This document shows, one piece after another, positions 47,531 to 56,845 of a stretch of 64,000 bases of DNA. Numbering within the stretch: position 1 is the stretch's first letter; every line of letters starts with the position of its first letter. The position numbers were made by a program, and so were the translations under genes. The stretch spans positions 864,001 to 928,000 of the forward strand of contig OZ242214.1 in NCBI GenBank assembly GCA_965206595.1. Direction: 5' to 3'. The DNA is from Candidatus Latescibacterota bacterium. GTDB lineage: Bacteria > Latescibacterota > UBA2968 > UBA8231. Below the pieces are notes generated by a model. That model had not been told where the DNA came from, made no database searches, and saw only the letters and a list, made by a program, of their open reading frames with translations.

Positions 47531-47736
47531 GCCCTTACACCGGGCTACCGGCCTGGCGTCTCTGTCCGCGTCCCGACCGGCTGGCGAGGAGGGCTGGGCG
47601 CGCCGGTGGAGGTCGCTCCTGGCGGAGCGACCATGCGCCGCGGCTACGGTCCGGGAGAAACTGTACTGCCCTGCCGGAAAGGGAAGATCCCTTCCCGAAA
47701 TCCGGATGCAGGCAAGCTCACGGCTGGAAAAAAGGC

Positions 47737-47765
47737 TTGAATTCTCCCTGCTCCATTTGTAAAAT
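47737..47765 (+). promoter_or_regulatory. Sigma70-type promoter TTGAAT-17-TAAAAT with downstream RBS (GAGGAG 47829) and ATG 47842, but no intact downstream gene
   Basis: Near-consensus boxes with upstream A-tract, read directly. Confidence 0.65.
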
Positions 47766-47773
47766 ATGTGAGT

Positions 47774-48529
47774 TCAACAGGGAATACAGGGCCATTTCCC
47801 GGACGATCCGTCATCCACACCCAACGAAGAGGAGTTGCTGTATGAAAAGGCGCCGCCGCCGCGGTTGCCGAGGCCCCTGGGGGTGCACTCCCAGAACACC
47901 CGCCGGTTGCCGGGAAACCAGTACGTCGCCTGCACGTGGCTCGGCGCCGGGTGGCTCCACTCGTACCCCTCCAGCCCTTCGGCGCAGGCCCACACCGCCT
48001 CCGGAAAGGGATCGTCGAGGACCATCATCACCAGGCTCATCAGGTGCGGCCCCATGGCCAGGGCGCCGCCCCAGGTGCTGGCGCGCACGAAGTCGACCTC
48101 GCCGAGCCGGCCCGAACGTACCAGGTCGCGGACCGCCGGATACTGGGGGAAGAACCTCAGCTGCGTGTTGACGACGACCCGGCAGCCGGTCCGCGCGCTC
48201 ACCTCGGCGATCTCCAGTGCTTCCATCGGCCACAGGGAGAGCGGCTTTTCGACGATGACCGCCTTCACCCCGGCTTCGGCGGCGGTGCTGATGCCGGCGA
48301 GGCGGTAGTCGGGCTGGGTTACCATGTGGAGCACGTCGGGGCGCTCCGCCTCGAGCATTTTCTCCAGGTCTCCGTAGCGCGCCGGTACCCCGTGCTCGTC
48401 GGCGTACGCCCGGCACTTGTTCTCGTCGAGGTCGCAGCAGGCGACGAGGGTCATGGAATCGATTTCGGGGTAGACGAGCGCGTGCTGGTGGGACTGGGAG
48501 CCGCACCCGAGGATGGCGGACCGGTACAT
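47774..48529 (-). pseudogene. Gfo/Idh/MocA oxidoreductase, C-terminally truncated
   Basis: AILGCG, VACCD, IVEKPL, VNTQLRF, MGPH. Only 251 aa, with non-homologous-looking sequence after ~47850. Confidence 0.8.
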
Positions 48530-48937
48530 GCTTCAGTGTCTTTTTTTTCGGGTCCTGGCCATGGCGGCTCGATGCGGTTTGCGGAAACCCGGCAGTCCGG
48601 GGGCCCCGGGTATCGCGACCTTGCCGCGGGCTGTTGGTTCAAGGTCGGGAATATAGCTCAGCACCTTCCGGCCTGACATTCCTTCTTCGACCGGCGCCAA
48701 TGATGACGAAATTCCAGATGACTCCGTCGCGTCGAACGTCGTGAGGCCGCGAGGATGGGTCGAGATTGCGGAGACAACCTGCGGAAAGGAGTCTTGGTCC
48801 GGCTTGCGAGTGCCTGGAAAAGGAGATTGTGCGCCCACCCCTTGTTGGGTAATTTGGCCGCCCGCTCGAAAGCATCCAGGCTCCGCTTCGCCGCGGCCCC
48901 CACCTCGAACTATTGATACCCAAATGGAGAAAGCGTC

Positions 48938-50089
48938 ATGAGTTGGGAAGTGGTCGATCGCGTAAAAATATACCACGAGGCAGGGATGTACGCCCTTTGC
49001 CCCAACGTGGTTCGCACGCCGTCCGGAGACCTGATGGTATTCTTTCAAAGAGCCCCGCATCTGGGTTATCCGCACCACGGCAATCCTCTGTTCAACGTGC
49101 AGGCATGCCGCTCCCGGGACGAAGGACGGACGTGGAGCGAGGCAACCCTGGTGACGTCCGATCCGCTGGGAGGAATCATCGACCGCGGCGTTCACACCCT
49201 TTCCGACGGGAGCATCTTCATGCACTGCTCGTGCACGGAGCTGGTTCCAGCCGAAGGGTCGGAGGAGCCGGGGGGGCATGGGACCGAATGGATCTCGCGG
49301 CCGGGAAAGCCCTTCTGGGTCCGGTCCCGGGACGACGGCCACACCTGGACTGCCCCCAGGCGTTTCCCACCCGTGCCCGACGCTGTCTGGGGTCATCCGG
49401 CCGACCACTCGGGGGTCTGCAGGAGCGGCCTGATCGAGTTGCCGGACGGACGTCTGCTCGTTCCGAGCAAGGCGACCGACCGCCCCGACGGCTCCATGCC
49501 CTGTTTCGGCATGATGCGAGTCTCCCGGGACATGGGCGAGACGTGGGAGTACGGAGGAAGGATCGCCGTCGACCCCGTCGCCCACTTCAGCGAGCCGGCC
49601 ATACACCGCACTTCGAGCGGCCGCATTCTGGTGATTTTCCGCTGTCATGCCAACCAACCGATGGACGAGAGCCTGCCCCTGAGGGATCGCCAGTACAACG
49701 GCCGTTTTCAGGCCCTGGTCACCTCCGACGACGACGGCGAGACCTGGACACCGTGGCGGCGCTCGGTTCATGGATACCCCGCCCATATGCTCGGGCTCAG
49801 GGACGGGCGCATCTTTCTCACCGTCGGCACCCGCTGGGAGGGACAGTCTGGTTGTCTCGCCAGGGTGCTCGACCCCGAAGGGAGCGAGCTGGAGACTGCA
49901 CCGATCTACGAAACCGCGCCGGACCTGGAGACCACCCCGGATGCGATCATCCAGAGCGACTCGTTCAGCCATGACTGCGGCTACCCCTGGTCGGTGGAGC
50001 TCGAGGACGGACGGGTCCTGGTAGTCTACTGGCATCACTACCCGGACAACCACAGGGGCATCGAGGGGGCCATCGTTGCCGAGCGTTGA
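48938..50089 (+). CDS. BNR/Asp-box (sialidase-like) protein
   Basis: SRDEGRTW, SRDDGHTW, SRDMGETW, SDDDGETW, DCGYPWSVELEDGRVLVVY. Confidence 0.88.
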   Translation: MSWEVVDRVKIYHEAGMYALCPNVVRTPSGDLMVFFQRAPHLGYPHHGNPLFNVQACRSRDEGRTWSEATLVTSDPLGGIIDRGVHTLSDGSIFMHCSCTELVPAEGSEEPGGHGTEWISRPGKPFWVRSRDDGHTWTAPRRFPPVPDAVWGHPADHSGVCRSGLIELPDGRLLVPSKATDRPDGSMPCFGMMRVSRDMGETWEYGGRIAVDPVAHFSEPAIHRTSSGRILVIFRCHANQPMDESLPLRDRQYNGRFQALVTSDDDGETWTPWRRSVHGYPAHMLGLRDGRIFLTVGTRWEGQSGCLARVLDPEGSELETAPIYETAPDLETTPDAIIQSDSFSHDCGYPWSVELEDGRVLVVYWHHYPDNHRGIEGAIVAER

Positions 50090-51457
50090 ATGGCCATCAA
50101 GGCAAGGAGAATCCCGATGCTGCTTTCGCCATTGCACAAACGTGTTTCGTCGCTGGCCCTGTGTCTTGCGCTCTCGGGGTGTGCCGGCAGCTCCCCCATG
50201 ACAACTGCGAACCGGTCGGAGGTCGGCGCCTGGGAGATCGGAACTCCCATCGTCGCCTACTACCACGGACCCGGCGGCGGGGGGGGCAGGTGGGGTCCAT
50301 TGACCGACGGGATGGCGAGAAAGCTCGTCGACGGGGGGTTCAACCTGGTATGGGGGAGTTCAGTCGAAGATCTCGACGTCGCCCATGCGCACGGATTGCG
50401 GGTAGACCTCATCGCCTGGGGCCTGAGAGAGCCCGGCAGCCTCGACGACCCTGCAGGCAAGGCGAGGATCGACTCGGTCATCGACAGGGTCAAGGACCAT
50501 CCCGCCCTGTATTCCTACGCCATCACCGACGAGCCCAGCGCCGTCAGGTTTCCGGAATTTGCACGGCTCGTCGAATACATCCGCGAGCGCGACCCCGCCC
50601 ACCTGGCGCACATCAACCTGTTTCCCACCTACGCCAGCGCCGTCGCCCTAGGCACCTCCGGCGGCACCGTCGAGGCCTACCGGGAGCACCTGCGGCAGTA
50701 CGTCGATATCGTCAGGCCCGACCTGATCAGCTACGACCATTACAACTTCTACACGAACCACGACGGCAATCAGTATTTCATGAACCTCGCCCTCGTGCGC
50801 GAGGCGGCACTGTACGGGGGCATTCCCTTCATCAACGTTATACAGGCCGTTTCCCTGGGCGATTCCCACCGCATACCCGACGGCGACGAGAGCAGGTACC
50901 TGGCCTATACCACGCTTGCCTATGGCGGCCAGGGCATTTCTCATTTCGTGTACTGGCCCTACGGGGATTTCCATGGAGGCATTTCCGGATTCGAAGACAC
51001 GGAGTGGAACGCGGAGCGTGCCGAAGCCGACGCCGCGGCGCCGCTGACCCCGTTGGGAGAGGCCGTGCGGCGAATTCACCCCGAGTTCATCGCCGTCGCC
51101 GAGGAGCTGCAGCCGTTGACTTCGCTCGCCGTGTATCATTCCGGGCAAGCCCCCGCCGGGGGGATGGTGGAGGCGCTGCCGGCCGATGCTGCTTTTTCCG
51201 TAGATCCCCCTTTTGATCCGGAGCGGGACATGGGAGTGCTCTGGGGCTTCTTCGGGTCCGACGGCGAGACCACGCACGTCCTCGTGGTGAACCTGGACCA
51301 CGGCAAGGAGACCGCGGCCACGGTCGTCGGCCCGGGAGACATGGAGGAGTTCGACGCCCAGGCACGCAGGTGGCGCCCGGCCTCTGACGGGTCGCGCTCG
51401 CAGCTGGATCTGGTGGCCGGCGGCGGCAAGCTCCTGCGTCTGCAGGATGGCCCCTGA
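50090..51457 (+). CDS. Lipoprotein, putative glycoside-hydrolase-like TIM barrel
   Basis: Lipobox LALSGC; GFNLV, HPALYSYAITDEP, INLFP, LISYDHY, AYGGQGISHF. Confidence 0.7.
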   Translation: MAIKARRIPMLLSPLHKRVSSLALCLALSGCAGSSPMTTANRSEVGAWEIGTPIVAYYHGPGGGGGRWGPLTDGMARKLVDGGFNLVWGSSVEDLDVAHAHGLRVDLIAWGLREPGSLDDPAGKARIDSVIDRVKDHPALYSYAITDEPSAVRFPEFARLVEYIRERDPAHLAHINLFPTYASAVALGTSGGTVEAYREHLRQYVDIVRPDLISYDHYNFYTNHDGNQYFMNLALVREAALYGGIPFINVIQAVSLGDSHRIPDGDESRYLAYTTLAYGGQGISHFVYWPYGDFHGGISGFEDTEWNAERAEADAAAPLTPLGEAVRRIHPEFIAVAEELQPLTSLAVYHSGQAPAGGMVEALPADAAFSVDPPFDPERDMGVLWGFFGSDGETTHVLVVNLDHGKETAATVVGPGDMEEFDAQARRWRPASDGSRSQLDLVAGGGKLLRLQDGP

Positions 51458-51701
51458 GCCTGGAGCAACCGGCGGGCGGCCATGGTCAGCAGCCGGCGCG
51501 CTCTGCTGCAAGTCTGGCACGAACCGGCCGGGGCTGGTGGCGGGTCTGATTCCCTGAGCCTCGTCTCCGCTGTGCCGGCCTCCCGTTGAACGCAGATGTT
51601 CAAGCTCGTGGTCGATGGGTTCGAGGGTTTCTTCAACGGCCGCGAAACGCTCTGCTGCCCCGGTCTCTGATATGGAAATGACTCACGGAGGTTCCAGGCA
51701 C

Positions 51702-52220
51702 ATGCTGAAGATTCTCAAAGTCAAAGTCGAGGAACTCACCCGGGAATCCTTCGCGCCTTTCGGGAAAGCGATCGCCGCCTTCGACGAGGCCAGGCCGGAA
51801 GTGCGGGTGGGCGCCCTCGTGGAGAACGCCTACGAAGTCACCGGAAACATCCCCGATCCGGTGCCTGAGAAGCTGGCGCTGAACGAAGGCCGCCTGCGAG
51901 CCCACTTCGCCTGCCACGACGACGCCGGCCAGTCCTTCTATCCGAGCCGGCACTGTCCGTCAGTGTTCTGGGTGGCGCCGGTGCAGCCGATGATCGAACC
52001 GGAAGATCTGCGGGCCTTCTACTCGGATGGAAGTCTGGGCGTGTGCATGAACCTGGGAGTCTGGCATACCATGCCGGTCTGCCTGAAAGGGGACGAGGTC
52101 TTCCTGACCGCCCGCGGCGACCAGGACTACCACGCCCACTCGATCGACGTGCACTTCGACGAAGACAGGGGGCTGGCCCTCGAGCCGGATATGGAAAATT
52201 TCCCCGGCTGGAAGGGCTGA
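51702..52220 (+). CDS. Ureidoglycolate lyase (AllA)-like cupin
   Basis: EELTRESFAPFG, HDDAGQSFYP, LRAF, GVWHTMP; RBS GGAGG. Confidence 0.75.
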   Translation: MLKILKVKVEELTRESFAPFGKAIAAFDEARPEVRVGALVENAYEVTGNIPDPVPEKLALNEGRLRAHFACHDDAGQSFYPSRHCPSVFWVAPVQPMIEPEDLRAFYSDGSLGVCMNLGVWHTMPVCLKGDEVFLTARGDQDYHAHSIDVHFDEDRGLALEPDMENFPGWKG

Positions 52221-52234
52221 GCGGAAAGGACGGC

Positions 52235-52420
52235 ATGGAGAAGCTTCGCCTGGGGCTGGGATGCGGCGGCATCGGCGCCGCGCCTGTACGAATTGAGGGA
52301 GTGGACGGAGAGTCCTTGTTCGAGTCCGCCGTGGCGGGCAGAGCCGTGAAAATGAGCGAGGTGGAGAGCGGTCGAATCTGCGAGTACCAGGATCAAATCG
52401 CAGCGCCGGGGATCGGGTAA
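52235..52420 (+). pseudogene. Internally deleted Gfo/Idh/MocA oxidoreductase (N- and C-termini only)
   Basis: RBS AAGGA; MEKLRLGLGCGGIG (Rossmann start) joined to ESAVAGRAVKMSEVESGRICEYQDQI; 61 aa. Confidence 0.6.
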
Positions 52421-52422
52421 TC

Positions 52423-53232
52423 GTGAAGCTCAAGCTGGCCTGCTCTGATTTCACCTATCCGGACCTGCCCCACGACCAGGCTCTCCAGTTGATCTCCATG
52501 CTGGGAATCAAGGGGGTGGACATCGGGCTGTTCGAGGACCGGTCCCACCTGAGACCATCGTCTGAATTCAAGAGCGTGCGCCGCTCGGCGCGCAAATTGA
52601 AGAAGAGACTGGACGACCGGGGTCTGGTTGCCGCCGACATATTCCTGCAACTGGCATTGGACTACGAATCGCATGCGGTCAACCACCCGCAGCCGCGACG
52701 TCGGCACCAGGCACGCGACGCCTTCCTCAAGGCGCTGGACTACACCGCCGAATGCCAGGGCAGGCATCTGACGGCTCTGCCCGGTGCGCACTTCGCGAAA
52801 GAGAGCCGGGGGGACTCGCTGGCCCGGGCGGCTGACGAACTGGCCTGGAGGGTGGAGCGGGCGAAGGAGTGCGGAATCACGTTCGCCATAGAGCCCCACA
52901 TCGGGTCTTTTGCGGATACGCCCAAACGCGCCGAAAGACTGGTGCACGACGTGCCGGGCCTGACCCTGACCCTGGACTACGCCCACATGTATCCGCGGGG
53001 CTATCCGGAGGCACAAATCGAGCGACTGATTCCATACTCCAGCCATTTTCACGCCCGGGGAGTCAACCGCCGCGGCACTTGTGGCCTGGAGGAGAACACG
53101 CTGGACTGGAAGCGCCTTTTCCGGGTAATGGACAAAGCCGGTTACCGAGGATGGATCGAGCTGGAGTACGGCGGCAACAACGTTACGGACACGGTCGCGT
53201 TTCGCGACTACTTCCGGACACTGTTGGGATGA
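52423..53232 (+). CDS. Sugar phosphate isomerase/epimerase (AP endonuclease 2-type TIM barrel)
   Basis: AIEPH, TLDYAH, HFHAR, GYRGWIELEY. Confidence 0.88.
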   Translation: MKLKLACSDFTYPDLPHDQALQLISMLGIKGVDIGLFEDRSHLRPSSEFKSVRRSARKLKKRLDDRGLVAADIFLQLALDYESHAVNHPQPRRRHQARDAFLKALDYTAECQGRHLTALPGAHFAKESRGDSLARAADELAWRVERAKECGITFAIEPHIGSFADTPKRAERLVHDVPGLTLTLDYAHMYPRGYPEAQIERLIPYSSHFHARGVNRRGTCGLEENTLDWKRLFRVMDKAGYRGWIELEYGGNNVTDTVAFRDYFRTLLG

Positions 53233-53292
53233 GTGCGCACGCGCCGGCTCGATGCCCCCCCAGGTGAACCGTCACCGAGAGGAGGAGAATTC

Positions 53293-53841
53293 ATGTGGAA
53301 ATCGGTCAAGATAAAAGTCGAACTCCTCAGGCCGGAGTACTTCGCCCCGTACGGGCATCTCATCACCAGCCTGGAGGAACGCAGGCCCGACATTGTAAAG
53401 GGCAACTACAGTTCGTACGAGAAGCACGCCTATGCGGAAATTTCTGCCGGAGAGCCGAAAGACGGACCGGAGTGGTATGCGGAGGGCAAGAACCGAATTC
53501 CCCTGTCAGAAGGCTTGAAGCGGGGCCATTTCGCCTACCACACCGATGCGGGACAATCCTTCTTCCCCGAGAACGGCAAACCGACGGTGTACATCGTCGG
53601 CGGCGTCGGGGAGCCGCTCAGGCCGGAGGAAATGCGCGCCTTTTACGGTGAGGGCAAGGTGGGGGTCTGCCTGCATCTGGGCGTCTGGCACACGATGCCG
53701 ATGTCCGTGGACGGCGAGGAGCTGTACACGACCATACGCGGGGATCAGGACTACCACGAACACTCGGTCGAGGTCGAGTTCGATCTGCAGCAGGGCCTGG
53801 TGATCGAGCCGGATCTGGACAACTTCGATCCGAACGCGTGA
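53293..53841 (+). CDS. Ureidoglycolate lyase (AllA)-like cupin, paralog of 51702..52220
   Basis: FAPYG, HFAYHTDAGQSFFP, GVWHTMP, RGDQDYHEHS; RBS GAGGAG before ATG 53293. Confidence 0.75.
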   Translation: MWKSVKIKVELLRPEYFAPYGHLITSLEERRPDIVKGNYSSYEKHAYAEISAGEPKDGPEWYAEGKNRIPLSEGLKRGHFAYHTDAGQSFFPENGKPTVYIVGGVGEPLRPEEMRAFYGEGKVGVCLHLGVWHTMPMSVDGEELYTTIRGDQDYHEHSVEVEFDLQQGLVIEPDLDNFDPNA

Positions 53842-53906
53842 CCGGGCCTCCCTGATGACGAATGAGGTGAGGACTTCGTGATTTTTTCGGCTTCGAATCA
53901 CTCTGG

Positions 53907-56450
53907 GTGAAAGGTCTGCAGCGGATCCGATCGCTCGCTGCACAGCTGGCCGGCCTCGTCCTGCTGGCCGCCGCGGCCGCGGTTGCCGACAGCCCCGGCG
54001 CGGCCGTCGACACGACCGGCGAGCACATGGCCCGTTGGCTCCAGCACCCGCAGCGGGTCGCTCGGGTTATACGGGCTGAGGTCCCCCCGGTCATCGACGG
54101 CGTCCTCGACGACGAAGCCTGGCTCGGCGCGCCCGTGCACGCCGGCTTCATCCAGCGCGACCCGGACGAGGGAAAGCCGGCCACCGAGCGCACGGAATTC
54201 AAGGTTGTCTACGACGACGAGGCGCTCTACATCGCCGGCATGTGCTACGACAGCCAGCCCGACCGCATCACCGCCCGCCTGGCCCGTCGCGACGAGTGGC
54301 GCGAAAGGGACATCTTCGAGGTGAGCCTGGACCCCCATCACGATCACCAGACGGGTGCGTTCTTTTTCGTCGGCCCTTCGGGCTGGGTGGGCGACGGGAT
54401 CTCTTACAACGACGGCGGCGGGGATTGGACCTGGGATGGGGTGTGGGAAGCGCGCACGAAGATTCGCGACGACGGCTGGTCCGTGGAGATGAAGATTCCC
54501 TACCACGACCTGCGGTTCGCCGAGAAGGAGTCCTACACGTGGGGGTTCAACGTGGTCCGCAGGATCTCGCGCCGGCAGGAAAGGGTCTACTGGACCCTCG
54601 TCCCGCGCGGCGTCAACGGCTGGATTTCCCGCTTCGGCCATCTCGAGGGGATCGAGCGGATCCGACCGCCGCGCCGTCTGGAACTCTTTCCCTTCGCCCT
54701 CGGCCGCAGCACCTTGTCGCCCGGCATCGACGGCGAACGAGACCGGCGCGACCTGCACTCGGCCCTCGGCGTCGACATGCGCTACGGCCTGACGTCCAAC
54801 ATCTCCGTGAACGCCACCGTGACCCCCGACTTCGGTCAGGTAGAGGCCGACCCGGCCGTTCTCAACCTGAGCGTCTTCGAGACCTTCCTTCAGGAGCGCC
54901 GGCCCTTCTTCCTGGAGGGGATCTCGATCTTCCAGACGCCCGGGCCGAACATCGCCGGCATCGAGGGACCGACCCGGCTGTTCCACTCCCGGCGCATCGG
55001 AAGGCAGCCGTCGCGCTTCGGCCTGCCTGCGGGTGCCGAGGAGATCGACAGGCCGGGCAGCACGACGATTCTCGGGGCCGTGAAGGTTTCGGGCAAAACG
55101 ACGGGCCGCACGGCCTTCGGAGTCCTGAACGCGGTCACCGCCAGGGAGCAGGCGCTCATCGAGGAGCGCCTCGCCGACGCCCGGACGGGTCTTGCGGACA
55201 CGGTACGCAGTCGCTACGAAGTCGAGCCTCTCACGAACTACTTCGCCGGCCGCGTGCAGCAGGACGTGCTGACCAACTCGACCCTCGGTGCCCAGCTCAC
55301 GGCGATGAACGGCGAGGGCTTCGATCCCGCATACGTCGGCGCCGGCGACGTCCACATGAAGTGGTGGGACAACGCCTACCGCGTCTACAGCCGCCTGGCG
55401 GTAAGCCGTGCCGGGCAGGCCGACGAGCGCGACACCGGCTGGGAGGGGACCCTCCACCTGTCCAAGCCCTACGGCTCCTTCGGCGGGCAGGCCTACGTCG
55501 ACGCTCGTTCGCCCCGCTTCGACGCCAACGACCTCGGTTACATGAACCGCAACGACCGCCTGCAGGCCGGCGCCAGGCTGTTCTACAACATCCTCGACCC
55601 GAACCGGTTTGCGCGCCGGTCCGTGTTCAGACTCGACGTCTGGCACCACTGGAACTTCGACGGCGACGAGCTGTCGCGCGGCATCGACTACTACATGCGG
55701 TACCACCTGCACAGCTACTGGGGGTTCTCGACCTATCTCGGCCGCGAGTTCGACGCCGACGCCGACGTGAACACCCGCGGCGGACCGGTCATGGTTCGTC
55801 CCGGCCGAGTCTCGGCGAGTCTCCGCGTGTGGAGCGACGACCGCAAGCCGGTGAGCGGCTGGTTGGGCACCAACGTGGTCTACGGCCAAGGCGGAGACAA
55901 CGTCAGAAAATGGATCGGCGTCCTCGTCGAGGCCCGGCCTGTGTCTGTCGTCGAAATCCAGGTCAATCCCAACTACCATAACCAGAAGAACCATGCCCAG
56001 TGGATCCGGAACGTCGACGACGACGGGGACGGCGAGGACGACCGCTTCGTGTTCGCTGAGCTCGAGAGCCGGGTCTTCGAGATCGTCGTGCGCGGCACCT
56101 ACGCCTTCACGCCGAGGTTGAGCCTGCAGCTGTACCTCAGCCCCTTCGCGACGACCGGCGACTACGGTGCCGTCAAGGAGCTCGCCAGGCCCCGTTCCTA
56201 CGAGTTCCTGCCCTACGGCGTGGAGGACAACCGCGATTTCAGGCGGAGGGCCCTGCGCTTCAACCTGGTCATGCGCTGGGAGTACAGGCCTGGCAGTACC
56301 CTGTTCTTCGTGTGGCAGCAGAACCGGGACCGCGACTTCGACGACGCTCGCGATCCCGACTTCAAGCCGCTGAGCTCCGTCGTTCGCTCCTTCACCGACG
56401 GCGGCGACAACATCGCACTGGTGAAGTTCAATCGCCGGTTCGGGCTGTAG
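53907..56450 (+). CDS. CBM9-like N-terminal domain + DUF5916-like outer-membrane protein
   Basis: Signal peptide; PVIDGVLDDEAW, GWSVEMKIP, TPDFGQVEAD, ERRPFFLEG, FHSRRIG, RWEYRPGSTLF. Confidence 0.85.
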   Translation: MKGLQRIRSLAAQLAGLVLLAAAAAVADSPGAAVDTTGEHMARWLQHPQRVARVIRAEVPPVIDGVLDDEAWLGAPVHAGFIQRDPDEGKPATERTEFKVVYDDEALYIAGMCYDSQPDRITARLARRDEWRERDIFEVSLDPHHDHQTGAFFFVGPSGWVGDGISYNDGGGDWTWDGVWEARTKIRDDGWSVEMKIPYHDLRFAEKESYTWGFNVVRRISRRQERVYWTLVPRGVNGWISRFGHLEGIERIRPPRRLELFPFALGRSTLSPGIDGERDRRDLHSALGVDMRYGLTSNISVNATVTPDFGQVEADPAVLNLSVFETFLQERRPFFLEGISIFQTPGPNIAGIEGPTRLFHSRRIGRQPSRFGLPAGAEEIDRPGSTTILGAVKVSGKTTGRTAFGVLNAVTAREQALIEERLADARTGLADTVRSRYEVEPLTNYFAGRVQQDVLTNSTLGAQLTAMNGEGFDPAYVGAGDVHMKWWDNAYRVYSRLAVSRAGQADERDTGWEGTLHLSKPYGSFGGQAYVDARSPRFDANDLGYMNRNDRLQAGARLFYNILDPNRFARRSVFRLDVWHHWNFDGDELSRGIDYYMRYHLHSYWGFSTYLGREFDADADVNTRGGPVMVRPGRVSASLRVWSDDRKPVSGWLGTNVVYGQGGDNVRKWIGVLVEARPVSVVEIQVNPNYHNQKNHAQWIRNVDDDGDGEDDRFVFAELESRVFEIVVRGTYAFTPRLSLQLYLSPFATTGDYGAVKELARPRSYEFLPYGVEDNRDFRRRALRFNLVMRWEYRPGSTLFFVWQQNRDRDFDDARDPDFKPLSSVVRSFTDGGDNIALVKFNRRFGL

Positions 56451-56513
56451 GAGATCGGGGTGAGGAGCCGGTCATCGAGAGGGCTGCAAGTGACATCGCA
56501 ACAGAAGTGCGAC

Positions 56514-56845
56514 CGTCGAGGTAGACTGATCCCGTTCGTCGTGATCGTTACGGCCTTGCTGTTCCCCGCCTGCTCGAACAGACAAAGGACAAGGAAAGTT
56601 CAAGCGACGGCGGGGCGTCGCCTGCGTCCATCAACGGCTGCGATCCGGCTTCGGCCGTCGACCACCTCGGCAAGAGCGCATCCGTGGTGCGCTTCGGTGG
56701 TATGGCTGGATTCAACTACGATCCGCAATGCATTCGGGTCAGTGCGGGGGCGAGGGTTACCTTCGGCGGCGACTTCCGGTTCCATCCGCTGGCGCCGGGG
56801 CAGGTGGCCAAGCTGATGGAAAGACTGGAGGCGGGCCGAAATTGA
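56514..56845 (+). pseudogene. Truncated, frameshifted plastocyanin/cupredoxin-like lipoprotein
   Basis: LIPFVVIVTALLFPAC (lipobox), shift at ~56580, then SINGCD...VVRFGGMAGFNYDPQCIRVSAGARVTFGGDFRFHPL. The C-terminal Cys/His/Met ligand loop is missing. Confidence 0.55.

Noticed and set aside
47611-47632. Hairpin ggtcgctcc-tggc-ggagcgacc after the membrane protein gene
   Set aside because: No U-tract and only one copy seen; not called as a terminator or REP.
43924-48171. 1415-aa ORF and other very long alternative-frame or antisense ORFs (e.g. 28874..32119, 35390..38350, 11359..13944, 21672..24452, 60267..62726)
   Set aside because: Arg/Gly/Pro-rich or antisense shadows of well-supported genes, expected at this GC content.
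48647-48720. gggaatatagctcag resembles a tRNA 5' end
   Set aside because: No D-loop GG, T-arm (GTTCRA) or complementary acceptor stem follows.
49889-49942. LETAPI-YETAPD-LETTPD degenerate triplication in the BNR protein
   Set aside because: Short, in frame and diverged; probably a neutral loop expansion.
51460-51700. Short ORF-like pieces (e.g. MFKLVVDGFEGFFNGRETLCCPGL)
   Set aside because: Too short, no RBS and no recognisable motif.
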